IMG/VR virus record: IMGVR_UViG_3300037521_000114
Span: 37,195 to 101,194 of that record
From: a virus
DNA: 64,000 nucleotides
Reading direction: 5' to 3' (one strand)
Positions 41,251-49,788 of the stretch are shown here, piece by piece. The notes beneath the pieces are model-generated. The model was not told the DNA's origin. It did no database searches and saw only the letters and a list, made by a program, of their open reading frames with translations. Position numbers and translations under genes: made by a program. The stretch's first letter is position 1, and every line of letters starts with the position of its first letter.

Positions 41251-41468
41251 TCTACGGAGAATACAATGAACAGCGTCAATCACCATTCACATATAAGAAC
41301 TATGTGGATCGTGGTTGGGCGAACGGTGGTGTTGAGTACTGCAAGTGCAGTCGGGAACACGATGCCAAGGAAGAGCATGATAATAGCTCTTATCGTGGTA
41401 GAGGAACAGATATTATCACGATTTGCCATACTTGCAAGTCATTCATCCATACTGATATGGGTGACTAA
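41247..41468 (+). CDS. Small Cys-containing protein
   Basis: CKC and CHTC motifs; ATGA coupling. Confidence 0.5.
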   Translation: MIYGEYNEQRQSPFTYKNYVDRGWANGGVEYCKCSREHDAKEEHDNSSYRGRGTDIITICHTCKSFIHTDMGD

Positions 41469-41469
41469 G

Positions 41470-42110
41470 AAATAGAGGTTTACTTGTCGCACATTCCTCT
41501 CTAAATATGTGGTGTAGACTATCCAGTAAGCTACTGGCGTATCAGAGAAGATACAGTACTAAAAACTCCATGCTGAGCAAACATGTAAAACTGCTCTGAT
41601 ACATTGGGTCGTGTTTAGCAAGTGGAATCATTCACAGTGCACACGATATGATTGTGTAACCGATGAAACAGACCTGCAAAGTTTGTTGATTGATAGGCGT
41701 GGGCAATACGAGGACTTAGAGCCTTGGGCGTTAGTTGATACGCCAATAATGGACAGCGTAAGAGTGGGAATATTACACGAACCACTACACAATCTCCTTT
41801 AACAGATAGTAATGACCATAACTATTTGTTGGCATAAGCCATAAACTAAATCAATGGTCGTATGTAATACCAACTTCAGGTGTTCCCTTTATTGCTTTAG
41901 GGATGTAAATCCAAACCGAGGGTTAGCAGCCCAAAAAACCTGAGACAACAGGTGAAAAAACAAAGAAGACACAGTTGCAGGAACATCAGTCTGATGGATA
42001 ACAGCCTGTTAATGATCGTCGTGTCCGATCACTTTGAACACAATGGGCAGGGAGTAGGGTGGATAGGTTTGCAAATAGCCTATGGATTACCTTCTCTGCC
42101 GTTGTGTTCA
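41470..42110 (+). ncRNA. Putative structured ncRNA region (pseudoknots and long hairpins), family unknown
   Basis: About 640 nt without a convincing ORF; several visible stems and pseudoknots, ending in a long hairpin at 42035-42110. Confidence 0.5.
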
Positions 42111-42132
42111 TTTAACCTATAAATTGATAATT

Positions 42133-42285
42133 ATGGTTATAAGATTTATCTTAGTATTTGTCGTCATATTTGGTATTCTAAATTGGGCGATGGGGGAACT
42201 TGATCTCGCCTTAGTAGGAGGTCTATTAGTAGCAGGAGGTGTAACATACCTCATAGAATTTAGCGATAACAGTGCTAAAGAATAA
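42133..42285 (+). CDS. Small two-TM membrane protein
   Basis: MVIRFILVFVVIFGILNWAMGELDLALVGGLLVAGG. Confidence 0.5.
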   Translation: MVIRFILVFVVIFGILNWAMGELDLALVGGLLVAGGVTYLIEFSDNSAKE

Positions 42286-42290
42286 ATATC

Positions 42291-42491
42291 ATGGGAGCAT
42301 ACTTACCAGTAAGAGAAGGTTGCCCTAGATGTCATGGTGAAGGATATATTCCTGAGTATAAGCACATTGATGATGGTATTTGTTTCAGATGCAGAAATGT
42401 AAGTGCATCTGATATAAAATCTCATGCTCATTTTAATGAGCTTGCTGATGCTCATAAGAAAAGACATGACAAATTATTTGATAGTGATTAG
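42291..42491 (+). CDS. Small zinc-finger protein
   Basis: CPRCHGEG...GICFRC. Confidence 0.6.
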   Translation: MGAYLPVREGCPRCHGEGYIPEYKHIDDGICFRCRNVSASDIKSHAHFNELADAHKKRHDKLFDSD

Positions 42492-42550
42492 GGCGTGAAA
42501 ATCGTGCGTTCTCCCTTCGGGGAGAGGTTCACTTAATAAACTGTAGCAAA

Positions 42551-42838
42551 ATGAAGAAACGTAAACTTGGTGACAAGATAAATCGAGGATTTGTCGCTGT
42601 CGTACTCATACTTGGTAGTATTATGATCATACGCTTCGTAGTAGGAGTTGTGAAATATGATGTTGAACGCATTGAATGGAGACCAGAGTATGAAGGTGGT
42701 CATGACAGTGACAACTTCACTCTTTATCCTGAGACTCAGGATGATCTCGGTGAGACCGCTAACGGACTCGATGTGCCTCGCTCAATCGTTGATACGACTG
42801 TAGATGAGGCGTATGTAAATGGATTCTTTAAAGAATAA
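42551..42838 (+). CDS. Hypothetical membrane protein
   Basis: Basic N-terminus, TM helix, acidic tail. Confidence 0.55.
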   Translation: MKKRKLGDKINRGFVAVVLILGSIMIIRFVVGVVKYDVERIEWRPEYEGGHDSDNFTLYPETQDDLGETANGLDVPRSIVDTTVDEAYVNGFFKE

Positions 42839-42841
42839 GCC

Positions 42842-43264
42842 ATGACACTCGGAGATGCGTTGATTACCGAGCTAAAGATCAAGATGAGTCTTGATTATAA
42901 GATATTGCTTGATCTTGAAGTAAAATCTCGTCAGACAGGACATCGTGATTATTACAAGTACAAGAAATATCGTGGTATTATTGAAAGAAGTTATCCTGCG
43001 TTCAGGTATATCGAAGAAACATATCAACGATGTGGATCAGCATGTAAAGATAGTGAACCAACAAATACTGGTGATCATAGATATCATCCGGGTTCAAACT
43101 TACATAAGAGAATGATTTTAAGAGGTTTGTATCCAATGTCTGATGATAAAATATCTATGCACTATGCGGTTACAAATACAACACTTACAAAACCACATAT
43201 TGACATAGTTTTACGTGATATATCATTAGTTGATTATGCTGGTGACGAATTTGATAACTTTTAA
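42842..43264 (+). CDS. Hypothetical protein
   Basis: 140 aa ORF in operon. Confidence 0.5.
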   Translation: MTLGDALITELKIKMSLDYKILLDLEVKSRQTGHRDYYKYKKYRGIIERSYPAFRYIEETYQRCGSACKDSEPTNTGDHRYHPGSNLHKRMILRGLYPMSDDKISMHYAVTNTTLTKPHIDIVLRDISLVDYAGDEFDNF

Positions 43265-43373
43265 AGATAATAATGACTGGATCAGTAGCTCCCTCACTGT
43301 TGGGGTGTGTAAGATGTGGCAATCTTTCGTTAGGGACTGCTGATCCTTTCTACTAAAAGAAAGGACATAAATT

Positions 43374-43796
43374 ATGGCAGGAGCATTTTTATCAATATTA
43401 TTCATTTTATGGATAGCTAACGGCTTTTTCAACAGTGTTGAATGGTTACATACTAAGTCTCCAAGAGGCAGACGTGAAGAGAGAGAACGAGTGGCTGATC
43501 ATGAAAAGAGAATGAAAATGACAGGTGAACTCAAAGCTCTCAAAAAACGGAGAGATGAACTTAACAAAGATTATGCTGAGTGGAAGAGTAAACCAGAGAT
43601 TCTTTACATAAAAGGAGTTCGTAGAGAATTTATCAGAGAATCTTCTGAGAATATGGACAAGATACTTGCAAAGTATAACAAGAGAATCCATGAACTCGAA
43701 ACAATACTACATCCTAAACCAGAATATTATCCAGAAGACCCAAGTTTCAGAGGTGCTCCTGATCGTGATATTCCCGGAATGTATTGGAATCAATAA
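43374..43796 (+). CDS. Hypothetical membrane-anchored coiled-coil protein
   Basis: N-terminal TM followed by a charged helix. Confidence 0.55.
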   Translation: MAGAFLSILFILWIANGFFNSVEWLHTKSPRGRREERERVADHEKRMKMTGELKALKKRRDELNKDYAEWKSKPEILYIKGVRREFIRESSENMDKILAKYNKRIHELETILHPKPEYYPEDPSFRGAPDRDIPGMYWNQ

Positions 43797-43829
43797 AGAA
43801 TTAACGATTCTGTTTATTTGTTTAGGTGA

Positions 43830-43868
43830 AAAAATGCCTGAGTTCCTGAGGGGGAGCTTGGGCATTTT
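43830..43868 (+). terminator. Hairpin, putative terminator
   Basis: AAAATGCCTGAGTTCCT / GGGGAGCTTGGGCATTTT. Confidence 0.5.
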
Positions 43869-43921
43869 CATATAGCTTAAACAATATCAAAATACTATTA
43901 AGTTTTACCTAAACTAAACAA

Positions 43922-44548
43922 ATGAAAAATCCCTTTAAACAAAAGAAAAAAGAAATGGAGACAGAACCTAACAGATTCTCTGGTAGAATGGAGAGCAACA
44001 AATTCGCTGGTAAGCGTAAGTATCAAATCAGAATAGGTTTACCAGAGAAAACTCTGATCAAGCTCAAGGATTTACACGAAATGTTACAATGTGACCCTGA
44101 CGAGCATGGGTATGTAGTTACAACCTTCAAAGAGATGCAGGAGCTTACTGAAATAGACTTGGTGCTGGTTAGCATCATGACTGGTAATGGTATGATCCTG
44201 AAGCGTCCTACAGGTGGTAGTCCCAAGTTTATGTATAAGTGGGATACTATTGAACCCAGTATAGATATGGCTGTAAAGCTGCTTGAAAAGAGAATTGATA
44301 ACAATCAGAGTAATAAACCTGAAGGTATAATCTCTGAGTCTCAACCTGAATCCCTAATTCCTGAGAAAGAGGATGACTATGAACCGGGATTACGTATTCC
44401 TGAACTCTCTGGTGAGTTTGATCCAAGCATCATTGTGGACTCTAAAGTTGCAGGTGATGTAATGACAATGCACGTCAATCTCAAGAAACTTGGGATCAGT
44501 GAAACAGATGTGTTAAATGCTGTACTGGCAATAAGTAGCAATAAGTAG
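43922..44548 (+). CDS. Hypothetical protein
   Basis: 208 aa; YKWDTIEPSIDMAVKLL segment. Confidence 0.6.
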   Translation: MKNPFKQKKKEMETEPNRFSGRMESNKFAGKRKYQIRIGLPEKTLIKLKDLHEMLQCDPDEHGYVVTTFKEMQELTEIDLVLVSIMTGNGMILKRPTGGSPKFMYKWDTIEPSIDMAVKLLEKRIDNNQSNKPEGIISESQPESLIPEKEDDYEPGLRIPELSGEFDPSIIVDSKVAGDVMTMHVNLKKLGISETDVLNAVLAISSNK

Positions 44549-44577
44549 ATTATAAACACTAAACAAAAAGCGAAAGT

Positions 44578-44916
44578 ATGAAGAAATTTCAAAAAGTATT
44601 AAGTAGGAATGGTGACTCTGTAATGAAAGACAGAGCAGGTAATATCACCAAATTGGCTGAGATGGCACAAGTTGCTATGGTCAATGGTCTTGAGAAACGC
44701 AAGATCGAATTGGAAATGGAAAAGACCTCACTTCTGGACATGAGTCCTGATAATAGGTATTCTCTTAAACCCGGAGCAGACTTCAAAGCTGATAATTGGG
44801 TAAATGATTACCAGCATGTGAATGTAGAACTGATCAACATTGAGATTGAACTCAAGGTTGCTCAAGCTACCAATCTGGACCTGTTCAGTGATGGACCTGA
44901 AGAAACTGCTGACTAA
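44578..44916 (+). CDS. Hypothetical coiled-coil protein
   Basis: 112 aa. Confidence 0.6.
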   Translation: MKKFQKVLSRNGDSVMKDRAGNITKLAEMAQVAMVNGLEKRKIELEMEKTSLLDMSPDNRYSLKPGADFKADNWVNDYQHVNVELINIEIELKVAQATNLDLFSDGPEETAD

Positions 44917-45473
44917 TGAGTACTCAGAAAAATACAGTATATCTCTCTAAGTCTAACCACTCTAACCCTGATCAAGTGATGAGGGTTAGAGATTGGTTAA
45001 ATCAGAAGGGATTTACTGTAATTGAGCATAGAGGCGGTGAATATGATGAATCTTTATTACGGAAGGCACGAATGATGATAATGGTCGGCTGTAATAGGAT
45101 TGAGAAAGGATTAACTGCTGTTGGGAAAGGTCAATACGGACAACTGAAATGCCGTGTTAATCATGGTTTGGTACAAAATTATTATGTCTCTGGTCAAATA
45201 TATGGGAACATTGTTCTCAGGAAAGTATTAGTACATAAGATAGCAGACGTAGATAATTGGACTCATAATTATGGGACTCTCCGTGTTAAAATGGAAACTA
45301 CCATAAGGATTTCACCAAGCCATGATCCTGAATCTGAGAAGAACCCTGATTCTGAACCTGTTGTAAAAGTTACTGATAGACATGCTGACCATATAGTTGA
45401 TAGAATGGAAGGTGAGCTTGTGGAACAGCTTAAACAACGAATACATCTTGCTTGTATAACCCTCTTTAAATAA
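44916..45473 (+). CDS. Hypothetical protein with possible TIR/nucleoside deoxyribosyltransferase-like fold
   Basis: VYLSKS...VRDWLNQKGFTV...LRKARMMIMVG beta-alpha pattern. Confidence 0.4.
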   Translation: MSTQKNTVYLSKSNHSNPDQVMRVRDWLNQKGFTVIEHRGGEYDESLLRKARMMIMVGCNRIEKGLTAVGKGQYGQLKCRVNHGLVQNYYVSGQIYGNIVLRKVLVHKIADVDNWTHNYGTLRVKMETTIRISPSHDPESEKNPDSEPVVKVTDRHADHIVDRMEGELVEQLKQRIHLACITLFK

Positions 45474-45481
45474 CTAATCCT

Positions 45482-45521
45482 CAAGGGGGTTGGTTACTAT
45501 ACTACCAGCTCCTTTGTTTTT
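45482..45521 (+). terminator. Intrinsic terminator
   Basis: CAAGGGGGTTGGT / ACCAGCTCCTTTG followed by a T run. Confidence 0.65.
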
Positions 45522-45551
45522 ACTACACCTAAGCAAATCAGGAGATGCAGA

Positions 45552-45863
45552 ATGAACCAGAACAAGAAAATTGCCATAGTTGTGCAGTATTATGGCGATC
45601 CGACGAAAATCGTAGATGACCACGATTCAGAACCTATTTACCTGACTCAGATAAACGAGAGAAGGTTCAAAGATATATTTGAAGCCATTCGGTTCTTACA
45701 AGAATGTAATAGTCCCATTACCGTAGTTGATGAGATATTACCTCTTCCAAAAAGACCTAAAGGCTTCAAATTTATTTTACCCGAAAGAAACATCAAGATT
45801 AAACATCAAGCAGATAATGCACTTGACTCTAAATTTGATTTTGATGCAATGGATTGGGGATAG
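45552..45863 (+). CDS. Hypothetical protein
   Basis: 103 aa. Confidence 0.5.
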   Translation: MNQNKKIAIVVQYYGDPTKIVDDHDSEPIYLTQINERRFKDIFEAIRFLQECNSPITVVDEILPLPKRPKGFKFILPERNIKIKHQADNALDSKFDFDAMDWG

Positions 45864-45892
45864 AATTTAGATTGTGGTTCCAATCTGCACAG

Positions 45893-46033
45893 GGGATAGT
45901 CAAGTTAATGGTTGCAATCCCAAAAGACCACTCTTTACATTTGATACAGTTAGGCAGGAATTAACGCTGCCTTATGAACCGAGATAGGACTGAATGGTGT
46001 AAATGAAGTTGATTAAATACCTTGACTATCCCT
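45893..46033 (+). ncRNA. Putative ~140-nt structured ncRNA
   Basis: Perfect 12-bp closing stem GGGATAGTCAAG/CTTGACTATCCC enclosing nested stems TTTACA/TGTAAA, CAGT/ACTG and AGGCAG/CTGCCT. Confidence 0.55.
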
Positions 46034-46038
46034 TCTTC

Positions 46039-46124
46039 GGGGCGGACGGTGACATATATAGTTACGCAGGAAATGATGATTTTCAGCTATGTATATGAGA
46101 GTTCAATTCTCTCTCGCTCCACTA
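46039..46124 (+). ncRNA. Miniature tmRNA-like (tRNA-like-domain) RNA
   Basis: Acceptor GGGGCGG/UCGCUCC with G3:U70 and discriminator A; stemless D region ACGGUGAC; long stem instead of an anticodon arm; T arm GAGAG-UUCAAUU-CUCUC. Confidence 0.65.
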
Positions 46125-46190
46125 CGTTACCATAGATAGGTAATGTTATTTCCATATAAATTCTTAATAACTCACTAAATTCAAAAGATT

Positions 46191-46697
46191 ATGAGTAAGA
46201 TCAATGTTGCCGCATGGCAAGAGAAAGAGGGTAATACACTCTCAGATGACAAGTTGATTCGTATCAACGACAACAAACCCGAATTTGGAAGCGTGATGGT
46301 ATCGTCGCAGGTTCGTGAGTTCACTCCTGGTGGATTTACTAACAAGCGTACCAAAGTTGCTTTCATTACTGGTCGGATGGATGACCTGAAAGAGATGATC
46401 AAAGATCACAAATTGAAGAACGGCAGTGATTTCAATGCTATCTTCGGTGAGCACAAGATTGTCACAGTTGAGAAGCTGGAAACTCAGGTTGGACCGAAGG
46501 ATGGATTCTCTGAGAAGATGAATCCAACCACAGGTGAAATTCTGACTCAGGATGGTGTAACCATCGTGCGTAGGTCATATCTGGTTGGAGAAACCAGTCC
46601 GATGGTTGACATTCTGCTCGAACATGATCGTGACGAAGTTGCTGCCGATCCTGCTGTAAAGGAGTTTGACGCTGCTATGCAGACGGGCAAGAAGTAG
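46191..46697 (+). CDS. Putative ssDNA-binding (OB-fold-like) protein
   Basis: NKPEFGSVMV...KVAFITG...KMNPTTGE pattern; highly biased codons; followed by a terminator and PolB. Confidence 0.45.
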   Translation: MSKINVAAWQEKEGNTLSDDKLIRINDNKPEFGSVMVSSQVREFTPGGFTNKRTKVAFITGRMDDLKEMIKDHKLKNGSDFNAIFGEHKIVTVEKLETQVGPKDGFSEKMNPTTGEILTQDGVTIVRRSYLVGETSPMVDILLEHDRDEVAADPAVKEFDAAMQTGKK

Positions 46698-46728
46698 TAA
46701 TTGTCAACAATTCTCAGTAATTTTGATA

Positions 46729-46769
46729 GGAGGCATCTCGCAAGAGGTGCTTCCTTTTCTGTTTTTTTT
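46729..46769 (+). terminator. Intrinsic terminator
   Basis: GGAGGCATCTC-GCAA-GAGGTGCTTCC followed by T runs. Confidence 0.75.
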
Positions 46770-46791
46770 AATCATTAAATGGTCGTGTATT

Positions 46792-48690
46792 ATGGAACAA
46801 GACAAGATCGTATGGGTCTATGACCTTGAGCAATTTGAAAACTTTCATTCAGCGACATTTGTAAACAGAGATAACAAGAAGGATCACAGAGTATTTTACA
46901 TTCACGAGAGCAAAGATCAGCGACAAGATTTATATGATTTTCTACAGGATGAGGTATCAGGACTAATCGGATTCAATAATGTGAACTATGATTACCCATT
47001 ACTACATTACTTCATTCATTTGATGGATGCTTACAATGGAACTGCAACACTACCAGTAGAAAGATTTCTCGAACAGATGTACTTTGAATCACAAAGAATC
47101 ATTAAAGAAGAGTATTCAGCTATACCACATTGGAAAGTACACATACCACAACTTGACTTATTCAGGATACATCACTTTGATAATAAGAGCAAGAGAACTT
47201 CTCTGAAGGCTGTAGAAATAGCCATACAGTATCCCAATGTCCAAGATATGCCATTCGAGCATGACCATTGGGTAACAGAGGATGAGATTTTAGATATTCT
47301 CAACTACAATATGAACGATGTTCAAGCTACTCTCGCATTTTATTTGCTGAGTACAGACATGGTTGATCTAAGGAAATTACTATCGAAGACATATAACATA
47401 AATGTCAGGAACGCCAATGATCCCAAAATTGGACAAGAGATATTCGGTAGAGAGATTGCACGTAAGAAACAGGTGCATTACAATAGAATAAAGGATATGC
47501 GGACATATAGGCGTAGTATCGACCTCGGTAAGTGTCTGTTACCGTACATAGCCTTTAGCAACAAAGAATTTCAGGACTTACACAAGTTCTTCAAAGAGAC
47601 TACGATTTATACCACCTATAAACCATTTGAAAAGAGTGTTATTTACAAAGGATTCAAGTATGATTATGGTGTTGGAGGTATTCACGGTTGTATTGACTCA
47701 GGAGTGTATGAGAGTACTGATACTCACATGATTCTTGACATAGATGTAGCAGCATATTACCCTGCTCTCGCAATACAGAATGGATTTTATCCTCAACACC
47801 TCGGACGAACGTTTGTCGAGGTGTATAAGGAGTTATTTGATACAAGGATGGAAGCCAAGCGGACAGGTAACAAACCCGTCAATTCAGGCTTAAAACTTGC
47901 GTTAAATGGAGTGTATGGTAAGAGCAACGACCAATACTCCTTGTTTTATGACCCCATGTACACTATGAGAGTGACTGTTAATGGTCAATTACTACTGACC
48001 ATGTTAGCAGAATGGATGGTGGATGAAATTAAAGACATCACCATGATTCAGGCAAATACCGATGGTATCACAATTAAGATACCTCGTGATCAGTATGATG
48101 CTGTCATGGCTATTTGTAGAGATTGGGAGATTAAGACAGGAATGATACTTGAGTATGGAGAATATAAAAAGATGATAATCAGAGATGTAAATAACTATCT
48201 CGCACAAACTGTCGATGGATACGTTAAACCTAAAGGATGCTTTGAGATAATTCCCATGCAAAATGGAGCAGTTGCTTATAATAAGAACTGGTCAATGCGT
48301 GTGGTTCCCAAAGCTATCCACGCCTTCTATCTTGAAGGAATACCTATTGCAGATTTCATTCATAAACACGAGCAAATATATGACTTCGGAATTGGATTTA
48401 GAGCGAGAAAGAGTTGGGACATTATCTATACTCATATTGAAAATAACGTTAAAGTCCGAGACAAGCAACAGCGTACTCTTAGGTATTATGTTTCCACCAC
48501 AGGTGGTTCAGTCACAAAACAAAACGAGGATGGTAGGGTTATCTCGCTGGAATCCGGAAGGGCTGTAACTATCTTTAACAGAGCATATCACATACCTTTT
48601 GAAGATTATAATATCGACTACTCGTATTACATCAAGGAAGCGAATAAGATCAAATATGCTGTCGATGACGGTCAAACAAAACTATTCTAA
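46792..48690 (+). CDS. polB: Family B DNA polymerase
   Basis: Exo motifs YDLE, GFNNVNYD, YNMND; Pol motifs DVAAYYP, KLALNGVYGKS, NTDG; likely start MEQDK at 46792. Confidence 0.92.
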   Translation: MEQDKIVWVYDLEQFENFHSATFVNRDNKKDHRVFYIHESKDQRQDLYDFLQDEVSGLIGFNNVNYDYPLLHYFIHLMDAYNGTATLPVERFLEQMYFESQRIIKEEYSAIPHWKVHIPQLDLFRIHHFDNKSKRTSLKAVEIAIQYPNVQDMPFEHDHWVTEDEILDILNYNMNDVQATLAFYLLSTDMVDLRKLLSKTYNINVRNANDPKIGQEIFGREIARKKQVHYNRIKDMRTYRRSIDLGKCLLPYIAFSNKEFQDLHKFFKETTIYTTYKPFEKSVIYKGFKYDYGVGGIHGCIDSGVYESTDTHMILDIDVAAYYPALAIQNGFYPQHLGRTFVEVYKELFDTRMEAKRTGNKPVNSGLKLALNGVYGKSNDQYSLFYDPMYTMRVTVNGQLLLTMLAEWMVDEIKDITMIQANTDGITIKIPRDQYDAVMAICRDWEIKTGMILEYGEYKKMIIRDVNNYLAQTVDGYVKPKGCFEIIPMQNGAVAYNKNWSMRVVPKAIHAFYLEGIPIADFIHKHEQIYDFGIGFRARKSWDIIYTHIENNVKVRDKQQRTLRYYVSTTGGSVTKQNEDGRVISLESGRAVTIFNRAYHIPFEDYNIDYSYYIKEANKIKYAVDDGQTKLF

Positions 48691-48692
48691 TT

Positions 48693-49118
48693 ATGAAAGA
48701 ACTGATTATTACTTCCATCCTATTGGGTGGTATGTTAGGCTGGATTTTGCATTTATATGACAAGAAAACCAGAGCTAAAAAGAAACAAGAGATGTTCGAT
48801 TACATTGAATTTGAGAGAGCACGAGCTGACAATCCTTTAATCAAACAGCTTCATATTGATCAAGCTAAAAGAGACAGGAGTCTGGAAGAATCAAGGCATA
48901 TACTTGAGTTATCAGGAAAGTGTACTGATCTGGTAATCAAGTATGGTAAAGAGCTTCCAGATGAAGATTATGAGTTTATTATGCTCTACGAAGGGTTGAC
49001 TGCTTTTCTCCCGATTGCTATTAAACCATTTCTTCAACCGTGGGACTATATTTATTGTCCGGGTTATAGAAAGATTTATAAATATCCACGAGAAGAACGA
49101 TTAACTCCAAGAATATGA
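48693..49118 (+). CDS. Hypothetical membrane-anchored protein
   Basis: N-terminal TM helix. Confidence 0.5.
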   Translation: MKELIITSILLGGMLGWILHLYDKKTRAKKKQEMFDYIEFERARADNPLIKQLHIDQAKRDRSLEESRHILELSGKCTDLVIKYGKELPDEDYEFIMLYEGLTAFLPIAIKPFLQPWDYIYCPGYRKIYKYPREERLTPRI

Positions 49119-49327
49119 AAATGGAAGCTAAAGTGATTTACTCAGCAAGATGTTCAGCTTGTGATACACCTCTACCTAATTTAGACGTTAGAGAGTGTCA
49201 CGAATGCAACTCGATCTTTATAAGAAATACTATTATTTTAAGAAACCCCTTTAGAAAGCGAAAAAATGAAAGAAAAATCAACTCAAAAGCAGATCAGGAA
49301 ACTGACAAATCAACTCAACCGTTGTAG
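49115..49327 (+). CDS. Small zinc-ribbon protein
   Basis: CSAC...CHEC. Confidence 0.5.
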   Translation: MKMEAKVIYSARCSACDTPLPNLDVRECHECNSIFIRNTIILRNPFRKRKNERKINSKADQETDKSTQPL

Positions 49328-49566
49328 AGGCAATGGACGAATGGCATTTGAACTGAGTCAACGTATTGAAACTCTCGAAAACACGAAATAATGGATGTTA
49401 AAATCTTAAAGGAAACCGAAGATTCACTGTATGTTGAATGGACAGATGGTATGCTAGGTTTTGGTCAGCTTGTCGTCAAATACGATGATAAAGGTGGTTA
49501 TATTATTGACGCTGAACATCTAGCATTAAGAACAGTGATTGAGATTATTCATGCAGTAGCAGAATT

Positions 49567-49788
49567 ATGATCAAAGAAGAGAAACATCAGGATGGAACTT
49601 GGAATACCTCAAGGTATCACTACAAGGACAGATTGCTTCTCGTGAAATCCAGACGAAACCGAGGAATGAAATGTCACATATTTCATCCTAACTCTGACAC
49701 TGAAATTGATTTTACAATGAGATGGAGATTCATAACAGTTAGCAAACTTTTAAATACAGTAAAAACCAAAATTGATAAACGTGGATAA
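49567..49788 (+). CDS. Hypothetical protein
   Basis: 73 aa; coupled to neighbours. Confidence 0.45.
   Translation: MIKEEKHQDGTWNTSRYHYKDRLLLVKSRRNRGMKCHIFHPNSDTEIDFTMRWRFITVSKLLNTVKTKIDKRG

Noticed and set aside
41870-41945. FMN riboswitch-like sequence (CTTCAGG...GGATGTAAATCC..ACCG.GGGT...AGCCC)
   Set aside because: Resembles only the 5' half; the 3' conserved elements and riboflavin genes are absent.
46039-46124. Canonical tRNA-Ala gene
   Set aside because: No D stem and no 7-nt anticodon loop; reported instead as tmRNA-like.
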